Made by a program: the position numbers and the translations under genes
Assembly: GCA_001797845.1 (NCBI GenBank)
Contig: MGQN01000014.1
Location: 40,896 to 83,265 of the forward strand
Direction of reading: 5' to 3'
From: Deltaproteobacteria bacterium RBG_16_44_11
GTDB taxonomy: Bacteria > Desulfobacterota > Syntrophia > Syntrophales > Smithellaceae
DNA length: 42,370 bases
Part shown: in pieces, positions 27,619 through 35,354 of the stretch
Position numbering within the stretch: the first letter of the stretch is position 1
Layout: every line of letters starts with the position of its first letter
The notes under the pieces: generated by a model
Told to the model about the DNA's origin: nothing
The model's input: the letters and a program-made list of their open reading frames with translations, nothing else
The model's database searches: none

Positions 27619-27796
27619 TAAAATAATATTTTATATAACGCTCTTTGAAAATTTGAAAAAGCAGATGGCCCTTCCTTATCTCAAGTAATACCTGAAAAGG
27701 TTACCTCCGTTTTACATTAAATAGAGATTGATGATTAGTGAACAGATTGGGACGAATAGCGTCATAAACATAGTAAATTGAAAGGAGGTGTAAAGG

Positions 27797-28843
27797 TTGA
27801 TCATTAGAATTATTTTGATCCTGGCATGTTCTATAAGCGGTTTAGCTATAGCCTTTTATTCAGCAGCGCCAAATTCATCGTATTTGGTTCTTGAATCAAT
27901 TGGCGGCTTTATTATCGGATTATTAATTGCTTTATTGGTTATTAAAGTTGAAAGAGATATTCGCAAATTATCTTTAAAAATTATTGCCGGCGGCGTAGTA
28001 GGAATGATAATCGGCCTATTAATTGCCCTGATATTAGGTTTTGGCTTAAGTCTTGTCAGTCAAATCAGCGAAAATCCGCAGGTGGTTCCCTGGATATACA
28101 TGTTGTTAACAGGGATATTGGGTTATCTCGGTCTAGTTTTAGGATCGAAAAAAGTGGATGAATTGAATTATCAAGGTGTCAGCTCTAAAAGTGCTCTTGA
28201 GCCCCGTCTTCTTGATACGAGCGTAATCATCGACGGAAGGATTGCCGATATTTGTGACAGCGGTTTTATTGAAGGCGAATTGATTGTTCCACGCTTTGTT
28301 TTGAATGAGTTGCAGTATGTTGCCGATTCTTCAGATTCCATGAAACGCTCGCGCGGACGCCGCGGGCTCGATATCCTGAACCACATGCAAAAGAGCTCCA
28401 ACATCAACATCGACATAGTTGAGCAGGATTTCCCCAAAATTAAAGGCGTGGACGGAAAGCTGGTAGCTCTGGCCAAAAAAATCAATGCCAAACTTCTGAC
28501 CAATGATTATAATTTGAACAAAGTGGCGGAATTGCAGGGTGTAAGGGTTTTGAACATCAATGAACTGGCCAATGCCATGAAGCCGGTCGTTCTGCCGGGC
28601 GAGCAGATGACGGTCAAAATCATCCGTGAAGGAAAAGAAGCAGGGCAGGGTGTAGGCTATCTTGATGACGGAACGATGATTATCGTGGATGCCGCACAAA
28701 AGCTGGTAAATATGAATGTGGATGTTGTCGTAACCAGTGTTTTGCAGACAACCGCCGGACGCATGATTTTCACGGAATTAAAGGAAGCAGCGGAAAAGAA
28801 AAATCATCAGAACACGAAAGCTTCATCAGAGACGGCAAGCTGA
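27797..28843 (+). CDS. yacL: Membrane-anchored PIN + TRAM domain protein (YacL-like)
   Basis: TTG start 8 nt after AGGAGG. It has 3-4 N-terminal TM helices, a PIN domain (LLDTSVIIDGRI...LLTNDYNL) and a TRAM domain (GEQMTVKIIREGKEAGQGVGYLDDGTMIIV). The carD-yacL-ispDF-gltX order is conserved. Confidence 0.85.
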   Translation: MIIRIILILACSISGLAIAFYSAAPNSSYLVLESIGGFIIGLLIALLVIKVERDIRKLSLKIIAGGVVGMIIGLLIALILGFGLSLVSQISENPQVVPWIYMLLTGILGYLGLVLGSKKVDELNYQGVSSKSALEPRLLDTSVIIDGRIADICDSGFIEGELIVPRFVLNELQYVADSSDSMKRSRGRRGLDILNHMQKSSNINIDIVEQDFPKIKGVDGKLVALAKKINAKLLTNDYNLNKVAELQGVRVLNINELANAMKPVVLPGEQMTVKIIREGKEAGQGVGYLDDGTMIIVDAAQKLVNMNVDVVVTSVLQTTAGRMIFTELKEAAEKKNHQNTKASSETAS

Positions 28844-28884
28844 AATATTTTCAAAAAGGTTTGAGGCAAATATCGTTTGCAATT

Positions 28885-28924
28885 ATCCCGGCAATAGAGC
28901 TATAAAACGCCATATTGCCGGGAT
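28885..28924 (+). other. 11-bp perfect hairpin (ATCCCGGCAAT-N18-ATTGCCGGGAT) without a T-tract
   Basis: Arms at 28885..28895 and 28914..28924, in the yacL-ispDF spacer. Confidence 0.5.
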
Positions 28925-28975
28925 GTCTCATCAGAAAAGGCTTGATATTTAAAGCTGCTAAAACTATTTTTGATG

Positions 28976-29011
28976 AAAAAGCCCGGAAAATAATTTTCCG
29001 GGCTTTTTTTT
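28976..29011 (+). terminator. Rho-independent terminator (AAAAAGCCCGGAAAA / TTTTCCGGGCTTTTTTTT)
   Basis: GC-cored stem 28976..28990 / 28994..29008 followed by a T8 run. The T-run abuts the ispDF SD GAGGAA (29012..29017). Confidence 0.8.
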
Positions 29012-29024
29012 GAGGAATTCTCAT

Positions 29025-30203
29025 ATGAGGACGGTAGCAATCATTCCTGCCGGTGGCGCGGGTAAAAGGTTAAATGCTAAGCAAGCTAAACAGTATCTTT
29101 TGCTGGATGATACGCCGTTGCTAATCCATACACTCAAAGTTTTTCAAAAAGCTAAAATCATCAATGAAATAGTTTTAGTTTTACCCAAGGACTACGTAGC
29201 TTCAGCCAAACAATTAATTAATAATTATGGATTGACAAAAATAACGGCTGTTGTTGCCGGAGGCAAGGAACGTCAGGATTCCGTAAAAAACGGCATTGCG
29301 GCCATTAACGGTAAATGTGATGTGGTGGTTATCCATGACGCGGTGCGGCCATTTGTTACTGAAGAATTGATCACAAAGGTTGTTGTTGCCGCGAAACTCA
29401 CAGGTGCGGCATCTATCGGTGTAAAGGCCAAAGACACCATAAAAGAAACAAAAAAAGATAATTTGGTTGCGGCGACAATACCCCGGCAAAATTTGTGGCT
29501 GACGCAAACGCCTCAGGCATTTAAGTTTGAACTTTTGAAAAAAGCATACAAAACTGCCTATGATAAAAAATATTACGGTACCGACGATGCGTCTTTGGTC
29601 GAGCGAATTGGGAAAAAAATAAAAATGATTGAAGGCTCGTATGAAAACATTAAAATTACGACTCCGGAAGATATGATAATGGCGGAGGCGCTGATGAAAA
29701 AGAAAACAGGAAGCAATCCGCCGGAGCGGATTAGGAGTGGCTTTGGTTACGATAGCCACAAGTTTGCCATGGGCAGAAAACTTATTTTAGGCGGGGTGGT
29801 AATTCCATTTTATAAAGGTCTGCAGGGGCATTCCGATGCGGATGCGCTTTTGCACGCTATTTGTGACGCGCTTTTAGGCGCGGCGGGATGCGGCGATATC
29901 GGCATGCACTTTTCCGATACCGATCCCGCGTATAAAGATATTTCCAGTGTAATTCTTCTGGAAAGAGTAAAAAAGATAATTGAAGGAAAGGGATTTTCAA
30001 TTAACAACGTTGATACCACGGTTATTATGGAAATGCCCAAACTCGCGCCTTATGCCGTGAAAATGGTGTCTAATATCGCGCGTACTTTGGATATTCCCGA
30101 AACATGTGTGAACATCAAGGCCAAGACAAGCGAGGGTATGGGCTTTATCGGCCGAAATGAAGGTGTGGCCGTGTTTGCGATTGCCACGGGAATAGCAAGA
30201 TAA
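29025..30203 (+). CDS. ispDF: Bifunctional IspD/IspF (MEP cytidylyltransferase / MEcPP synthase)
   Basis: IspD motif IIPAGGAGKR. IspF motifs GFGYDSHKF and HSDADALLHA. ATG 29025 sits 7 nt after GAGGAA. Confidence 0.92.
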   Translation: MRTVAIIPAGGAGKRLNAKQAKQYLLLDDTPLLIHTLKVFQKAKIINEIVLVLPKDYVASAKQLINNYGLTKITAVVAGGKERQDSVKNGIAAINGKCDVVVIHDAVRPFVTEELITKVVVAAKLTGAASIGVKAKDTIKETKKDNLVAATIPRQNLWLTQTPQAFKFELLKKAYKTAYDKKYYGTDDASLVERIGKKIKMIEGSYENIKITTPEDMIMAEALMKKKTGSNPPERIRSGFGYDSHKFAMGRKLILGGVVIPFYKGLQGHSDADALLHAICDALLGAAGCGDIGMHFSDTDPAYKDISSVILLERVKKIIEGKGFSINNVDTTVIMEMPKLAPYAVKMVSNIARTLDIPETCVNIKAKTSEGMGFIGRNEGVAVFAIATGIAR

Positions 30204-31618
30204 TGATTAAAAAACCAAGAGTAAGATTCGCACCGTCTCCCACGGGAGAGTTGCATGTCGGCAACGCCCGGACGGCGTTGTTTAACTGGATGTTTGCCCG
30301 GCATTCCGGCGGCAAATTTATTTTGCGCATCGAAGATACGGATGAATCGCGCAGTGCTCTTTCTTATCAGATAAATTTGTATGAAGATTTAAAATGGCTG
30401 GGGTTGAATTGGGACGAAGGTCCGCATAAACAGAGCGAGCGGTTGGATATATATAAGGAACATCTCCAGAAACTTATAGAAAAAGATCTGGTTTACCCCT
30501 GCTACTGCACCGAAGAAGAACTGGAAGATGAACGCCAGGCATTAATTCTCAGCAAACGTATGCCGCGTTACATGGGTAAGTGCAAAAATCTTACGGCAGA
30601 TGAGAGAAAACAGCGAGAGAACGAGGGCAGAAGTCCTTCATTTCGCTTTAAAGTTCATCCGCAAGTCATTGAATTTGAAGATTTAATTAGAGGGGCAATG
30701 AAGTTTGAAGGCGAGGCCATTGGAGATTTCATTATTGTGCGTTCCAACGGCATGCCGGCGTATAATTTTGCCGTGGTTATTGACGACCATCTTATGGCAA
30801 TTACGAATGTCATCCGAGGTGAAGATCATCTCTCCAACACCGCCCTCCAGATGATGCTCTACAGGGCGTTCGGCTTTGAGCCGCCTGTTTTCGCGCATCA
30901 TTCTTTGATTTTCGGGAAAGACCGCGCCAAACTAAGCAAACGTCACGGTTCCGTTTCTGTAGGTGAATTCCGCAAACAGGGGATTTTACCGGAAGCGCTG
31001 ATGAATTATCTGGGGCTGTTAGGAAGTTCTTTTACCGAAGGCCGGGAGATATTATCGCGCGAGGAGATGATTAAGGATTTTTCTCTGGAGCGATCCTCAA
31101 AAAGCGGGGCGATATTTGACGAAGAAAAACTCCACTGGCTCAACGCAATTTATATCAGAAATTGTAAAACGGAAGATTTAGTCGCGCGGCTTAAACCGTT
31201 TTTAGAGCAGGCAGGTTATAAAACTGACGCTATTAATACAAAGTGGCTCAATGAAGTTATTGAACTTATAAAGACTGAATTGACCACCCTTGCCGAAGTC
31301 GGCTCTCACATAGATATATTTTTCGATGATAAATATAAAATGACCACTGAAGCCAAAGAAATATTAGAAAAAGATAGCGCACGCCAGGTCGTAAAGACTT
31401 TTGCAGAATATTTAAAAACCAGCGATGATACTCCGCAGAAACTTTACCCTGCGGCAATAAAAGACGTCAAAGAAAAAACAAACGCTAAAGGCAAAGAGCT
31501 TTTTATGCCTATTCGTGCCGCACTCACCGGCAAAGTCCATGGCCCGGAGCTGGATAAAGTTTTTGCGATCCTGGGCAAAGATGCCACGCTGAAAAGGCTG
31601 AAATATTTTACGGCTTAA
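30203..31618 (+). CDS. gltX: Glutamate--tRNA ligase
   Basis: RFAPSPTGELHVGNARTA (HIGH-type) and KLSKR (KMSKS-type). The ATG overlaps the ispDF stop (TAATG). Confidence 0.95.
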   Translation: MIKKPRVRFAPSPTGELHVGNARTALFNWMFARHSGGKFILRIEDTDESRSALSYQINLYEDLKWLGLNWDEGPHKQSERLDIYKEHLQKLIEKDLVYPCYCTEEELEDERQALILSKRMPRYMGKCKNLTADERKQRENEGRSPSFRFKVHPQVIEFEDLIRGAMKFEGEAIGDFIIVRSNGMPAYNFAVVIDDHLMAITNVIRGEDHLSNTALQMMLYRAFGFEPPVFAHHSLIFGKDRAKLSKRHGSVSVGEFRKQGILPEALMNYLGLLGSSFTEGREILSREEMIKDFSLERSSKSGAIFDEEKLHWLNAIYIRNCKTEDLVARLKPFLEQAGYKTDAINTKWLNEVIELIKTELTTLAEVGSHIDIFFDDKYKMTTEAKEILEKDSARQVVKTFAEYLKTSDDTPQKLYPAAIKDVKEKTNAKGKELFMPIRAALTGKVHGPELDKVFAILGKDATLKRLKYFTA

Positions 31619-31634
31619 ATATTTTCGATTAATT

Positions 31635-31645
31635 TTCAATTAAAA
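31635..31645 (+). repeat. Left copy of the 11-bp direct repeat TTCAATTAAAA
   Basis: An identical 11-mer recurs at 33603..33613. The pair brackets the higBA/membrane/GT25 block. Confidence 0.5.
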
Positions 31646-31650
31646 ATGTC

Positions 31651-31670
31651 ATTCCCGCGTAAGCGGGAAT
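31651..31670 (+). terminator. REP-like GNRA-tetraloop hairpin (ATTCCCGC-GTAA-GCGGGAAT) downstream of gltX
   Basis: Perfect 8-bp stem with a GTAA loop. Only a weak T-tract follows, so it may be a terminator or stabiliser. A related ATCCCGC...GCGGGAT unit lies at 40088..40113. Confidence 0.45.
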
Positions 31671-31694
31671 CTAGGAATTCATTTTAAAATCTTC

Positions 31695-31723
31695 TTGACA
31701 ATTGTCACGTCACACATTACACT
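31695..31723 (+). promoter_or_regulatory. higBA promoter (TTGACA-N17-TACACT) with an overlapping 12-bp palindrome TGACAATTGTCA
   Basis: -35 at 31695..31700, -10 at 31718..31723, palindrome at 31696..31707. Confidence 0.6.
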
Positions 31724-31729
31724 TTGATC

Positions 31730-32011
31730 GTGATAAAAACATTTGCCGATAAACATACTGAAGAATTGTTTATTACCGGTAGATCAAAGAAATTTCAGCC
31801 GGATATTCTCAGAAGAGCATTGCGGCATCTCGAATATATTGATCTGGCAACATGTCTTGACGATTTGAAAGTGCCTCCCAGCAATCATCTTCATGCGTTA
31901 AAAGACGACAGGGCAGGTCAATACGCGATATCAATAAACGATCAGTGGCGGATATGTTTTAAGTTTAGTGCTGGTGATGCATACGATGTCGAAATAACTG
32001 ATTATCATTAA
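31730..32011 (+). CDS. higB: Type II toxin HigB (RelE/ParE superfamily, HigB-like killer protein)
   Basis: (V/M)IKTFADKHTEELF...DDRAGQYAISINDQWRICFKF...ITDYH matches the HigB-like toxin pattern. The GTG at 31730 gives the family-typical MIK(S/T)F N-terminus (the ORF-track TTG is at 31724). The toxin-first order with HigA downstream is typical. Confidence 0.85.
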   Translation: MIKTFADKHTEELFITGRSKKFQPDILRRALRHLEYIDLATCLDDLKVPPSNHLHALKDDRAGQYAISINDQWRICFKFSAGDAYDVEITDYH

Positions 32012-32023
32012 AGAGGTAAAAAT

Positions 32024-32338
32024 ATGAGTATTAAATACAGTGGAAAAAGAAAGGTAAAGCCTACCCATCCGGGGGAAATGCTGCGGGAAGATTTTATACC
32101 AGATTATAACCTGAATGTTGCCTGTTTGGCACGGTCTCTCGGTGTTTCGCGTCAAACGGTAAATGAATTACTACGTGAGAATCGTTCCCTAACTCCGCTA
32201 ATGGCCCTTCGTTTAAGCCGGTTGTTTGGTAATACACCCGAATTTTGGCTCAATGCCCAGCGCGTCTATGATCTTTGGGAAGCGCAGCAATCTCATCAAA
32301 CTGAAATTAAAAAAATACAACCTCTAAAAGCAGCTTAG
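32024..32338 (+). CDS. higA: Antitoxin HigA (XRE-type HTH)
   Basis: HPGEMLREDFI and the HTH LARSLGVSRQTVNELL...RLSRLFGNTPEFWLNAQ. Confidence 0.85.
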   Translation: MSIKYSGKRKVKPTHPGEMLREDFIPDYNLNVACLARSLGVSRQTVNELLRENRSLTPLMALRLSRLFGNTPEFWLNAQRVYDLWEAQQSHQTEIKKIQPLKAA

Positions 32339-32348
32339 TGTATTCTTG

Positions 32349-32741
32349 TCATTTGTGAGGAATGATTCGGCGCTTTGATTTAGAATTGGTATTAGGAGAG
32401 TATTTTTTAATAAAAAGTTGTATCGCGTATCTTGTCAGCGTCCCCATGTAGTGTGGCGCGCGTGAAAGCCAGGCGCCGATAATAAAGACCACATGGGAGA
32501 GACCGTAAATCGTTGGGCAACCGATGATGGCGATCATCGGTTCCTTCAACCAGACGGCCAGAAAGCCCAAAGCGGCTACTGCTGGCCAGCCGATAACATA
32601 ACTAAACCCCATTAAGATCAATCCGGTAATCACCCGCGGTGTCGGACGCTCCCTGAATTCACTTAGGTCCGCCGGATTTTCCATTAATTTGATGATAAGT
32701 TTCTTTTTGGAAAGATAATCCGCAGTTTTTCTTCGAATCAT
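32349..32741 (-). CDS. Hypothetical small membrane protein (2-3 TM)
   Basis: 130-aa ORF with hydrophobic segments (VITGLILMGFSYVIGWPAVAALGFLAVWL, IIGCPTIYGLSHVVFIIGAWL). No recognised family. Confidence 0.5.
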   Translation of the reverse strand: MIRRKTADYLSKKKLIIKLMENPADLSEFRERPTPRVITGLILMGFSYVIGWPAVAALGFLAVWLKEPMIAIIGCPTIYGLSHVVFIIGAWLSRAPHYMGTLTRYAIQLFIKKYSPNTNSKSKRRIIPHK

Positions 32742-32857
32742 AAAAAATTAATACACGAGCTACCATCTTTGTGCAACCGCTTTTGTATAATCAGGAAGCC
32801 ATTTCTTGACAGGGCAAAAAGCTCATATTATATAGGGTTGCGGCAAAGAAAAGGCGC

Positions 32858-33589
32858 TTGATCGAGGATACTGTGAAGAAAGAGACTAATGGCTGGGATT
32901 TTTTTGATCGCATCTACTGCATCTCCCTGGAGGAGCGTGATGATCGCCGCCAATCCGCGAAGGCTTCGTTTGCAAAAGTGGGGCTGGCCGGAAAAGTTGA
33001 ATTTATTATTGTCAAAAAACATCCTTCCGATGTTATGCAGGGGATGTATGAATCTCATATGACCTGCCTGCGTAAAGGATTGGAGGCGGGCGCGCAAAAT
33101 ATCGTTGTTTTCGAAGACGATGTTGTTTTTGAGCGGTTTAATCCGGAGCGCTTAAAAAACTGCACCGAATTTCTGGCGCACCATCATGACTGGAAAGTTC
33201 TACTTCTGGGGGCATTACTTCGCTCCAGTAAAAAGACTACAAACCCTTGTGTGCAAAAAGTCCGTTACCAGAGCCTGGCGCATGCGTATGCCTTAAACAG
33301 ACCTTACGCCCAAACACTAGCTTATCAGCCCTGGTGTGGGATTATCAACGACACGCTATTTCGGCCGTTGAAAGATAATATCTATGCTATTTATCCCATG
33401 TTCGCGTTTCAAGAAGATTTTGTCTCGGATAATGACAAATATCCCGGCTTAGAGAGATTCCGGCGCTTATTAGGCGGGTTGAAGGGAATCCAAAAGGCAA
33501 ACGAATTTTATCTGCGGCACAAATTCGGTATTTATGCGGCGCAGGTCATTATTATTTTATTTCTTCTGTTATTTTTCTTTCTTCGATGA
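32858..33589 (+). CDS. Glycosyltransferase family 25-like protein with a C-terminal TM anchor
   Basis: FDRIYCISLEERDDRR...HMTCLRKGL...IVVFEDDVVF resembles the GT25 (LOS/LPS beta-1,4-galactosyltransferase) signature. TTG start with a weak SD. Family assignment is by eye only. Confidence 0.55.
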   Translation: MIEDTVKKETNGWDFFDRIYCISLEERDDRRQSAKASFAKVGLAGKVEFIIVKKHPSDVMQGMYESHMTCLRKGLEAGAQNIVVFEDDVVFERFNPERLKNCTEFLAHHHDWKVLLLGALLRSSKKTTNPCVQKVRYQSLAHAYALNRPYAQTLAYQPWCGIINDTLFRPLKDNIYAIYPMFAFQEDFVSDNDKYPGLERFRRLLGGLKGIQKANEFYLRHKFGIYAAQVIIILFLLLFFFLR

Positions 33590-33602
33590 TTTTTCTGTTC
33601 TG

Positions 33603-33613
33603 TTCAATTAAAA
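33603..33613 (+). repeat. Right copy of the 11-bp direct repeat TTCAATTAAAA
   Basis: Exact match to 31635..31645. It starts 13 nt after the GT25-like stop. Confidence 0.5.
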
Positions 33614-33668
33614 GGTATATTTAACGAAGAAATCAGTCGGAGCGCAACTATCGGCTGTATTGACTTTG

Positions 33669-34022
33669 TTATAAAATCTTTAATTTCCATAGCCTGAAAA
33701 CTATGCATGCTCCTAAATGCGATAAAATTATTGATAAAAGAAAAGAGAGCAGTGCTTCTATTAAAATATACTTGCTATATAGAGAAGACGTGTCATTTCC
33801 TTCAAGTGTAATTGGTTTAAAATTATCAAAAGATTGACGTAACTCACGGTACTTATCACTCTTCAATAATTCTTGATATTCTTGTGTTGAGTAATGATTG
33901 AAAATAGGACGAATTATACTTTGAAATGTGTAAAACAAAAATATTAAGAAAAAGATTAGAATGCCCAATTTCAATTTCGATTTATTTGGTTTTAAGAATT
34001 CAATCATTAATTTATCCTTCAT
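33669..34022 (-). CDS. Hypothetical small membrane protein in a very AT-rich segment
   Basis: 117-aa ORF with two hydrophobic helices flanking a charged loop. No recognised family. Its coding status rests only on ORF length and hydrophobicity. Confidence 0.4.
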   Translation of the reverse strand: MKDKLMIEFLKPNKSKLKLGILIFFLIFLFYTFQSIIRPIFNHYSTQEYQELLKSDKYRELRQSFDNFKPITLEGNDTSSLYSKYILIEALLSFLLSIILSHLGACIVFRLWKLKIL

Positions 34023-34030
34023 AACAATTA

Positions 34031-34164
34031 ATATACTTACTTGGTATTTTACGAGCTTTTGTACAATCTTACTTTATTTAATAAAAAATAAAAAAACATC
34101 ATAAAATCAACATAATTGAACTTTATATACTTGGTATTTTGTGTTAATAAGAACAAAATACCAA
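34031..34164. repeat. Three copies of TTGGTATTTT (two direct, one inverted)
   Basis: ATATAC(TTAC)TTGGTATTTT at 34031..34050. TATATACTTGGTATTTT at 34124..34140. Inverted AAAATACCAA at 34155..34164, which forms a 10-bp hairpin with the second copy. Confidence 0.6.
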
Positions 34165-34207
34165 ATTGATAAAACATGGGAAAAATGGCAAAAGCTCATC
34201 ATGAAAA

Positions 34208-35305
34208 TCATTTTGCTAGCCAGCCCAATCCTTTGGCATGCAAGCTTTGGATATAGAGCCGGTCGGCAGTTTCCGTAACCCCTGTTGTTTCAGGGTAAGC
34301 ACCGGTGGGATCCTGCAAATCAGCCACTACTTTGCCGTCTTCCGTGAAAGCAAACACATGGCCGTATGTTTTGGGAACAGGCCACATTGCGCGCGGCAGG
34401 CGTAGTATGAATCTGCGCATGACAGGTTTGGCGGCCAGCTTATCGACAGTGGGATTACGCGGCTTCGCGAAGCCCAGCCAGATTTTCCCGTTAAGACCTC
34501 GCATTAGGTTATCCGGATAGCCGGGCAGGTTGTCGAAAAGAACTTTAGCCAGGCCGCTGGGGTTAGAGATATCCAAATCTCTCGCGTTTACGGAAATTTT
34601 CCACACACGGTATTTCCCTGTCTCATTAAAGAAGAGCGTTTTTTCATCCCGGCTTAGAGCCAAGCCGTTGGCAAAACTAAAGCCTCTCGCCACGACACGG
34701 GTAATTTTCTTTGCCGGCTCGTACTCCAGAACACGGCCGGTTGATGATTGCTCCATAATATCCAGAATGCTCGCGCCAAAAGTTCCGCCCCAATCTTTGG
34801 GAGCAAAGCGGGTGGAGGCATCGCTGAAATATATTTTGCCGGACTTTGCCACTACCACTGCGTCGGCATAGCGGATCGGGTCACCATTTATTTTGTTGGT
34901 CAATAAAGTGATTTTTCTATCCGGGCTGATCGAAAGAAGTCCCTTGTTGACGTCGGCAGCAATCAAGTTTCCGCGCGCGTCAAAATCAAAACCCAGCACC
35001 CGCCCGCCGGTGTTGATAAATACTTCTTGAGCACTGCCATCCGGATTCATGCGCAGGATATTGCCGCTGGCAACTGTGGTGTAAAGCTTGCCGTCTTTAC
35101 CGATGACGATGTGCTCTGGTCCTTCTTCCGTACCCAGAGAAATCATTTTGAGGTTGGCAAGCTTGGCATTGACTGCGTGAGACCCTACATAGCCGGGCGG
35201 CATGGGTGCATTCCAGCTGACAGGGTTGATTGGTACCGGCCAGAGGGTCAAATAAGCAGCCAGCAGGACTAAAACGGCAACAATCGCCAAAGCAATTTTT
35301 TTCAT
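34208..35305 (-). CDS. Strictosidine synthase-like / SMP-30-gluconolactonase-LRE family beta-propeller protein, N-terminally anchored or secreted
   Basis: Signal/anchor MKKIALAIVAVLVLLAAYL. Repeated propeller-blade motifs (GPEHIVIGKDGKLY, GRVLGFDFDARGNL, YFSDAS, ANGLALSRDEKTLFF, PGYPDNL). Confidence 0.8.
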   Translation of the reverse strand: MKKIALAIVAVLVLLAAYLTLWPVPINPVSWNAPMPPGYVGSHAVNAKLANLKMISLGTEEGPEHIVIGKDGKLYTTVASGNILRMNPDGSAQEVFINTGGRVLGFDFDARGNLIAADVNKGLLSISPDRKITLLTNKINGDPIRYADAVVVAKSGKIYFSDASTRFAPKDWGGTFGASILDIMEQSSTGRVLEYEPAKKITRVVARGFSFANGLALSRDEKTLFFNETGKYRVWKISVNARDLDISNPSGLAKVLFDNLPGYPDNLMRGLNGKIWLGFAKPRNPTVDKLAAKPVMRRFILRLPRAMWPVPKTYGHVFAFTEDGKVVADLQDPTGAYPETTGVTETADRLYIQSLHAKGLGWLAK

Positions 35306-35354
35306 AATGCCTCTTCAATAAAACATCGGTTATTAAGGAAGTTAGAACTATATT

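Noticed and set aside
29214-29759. 181-aa minus-strand ORF, plus similar 60-120-aa antisense ORFs throughout the track (e.g. 4000..4272, 28331..28699, 20897..21247, 37976..38332)
   Set aside because: All lie inside and opposite well-supported conserved genes. They show low-complexity or Phe/Ile/Arg-rich translation and no start context.
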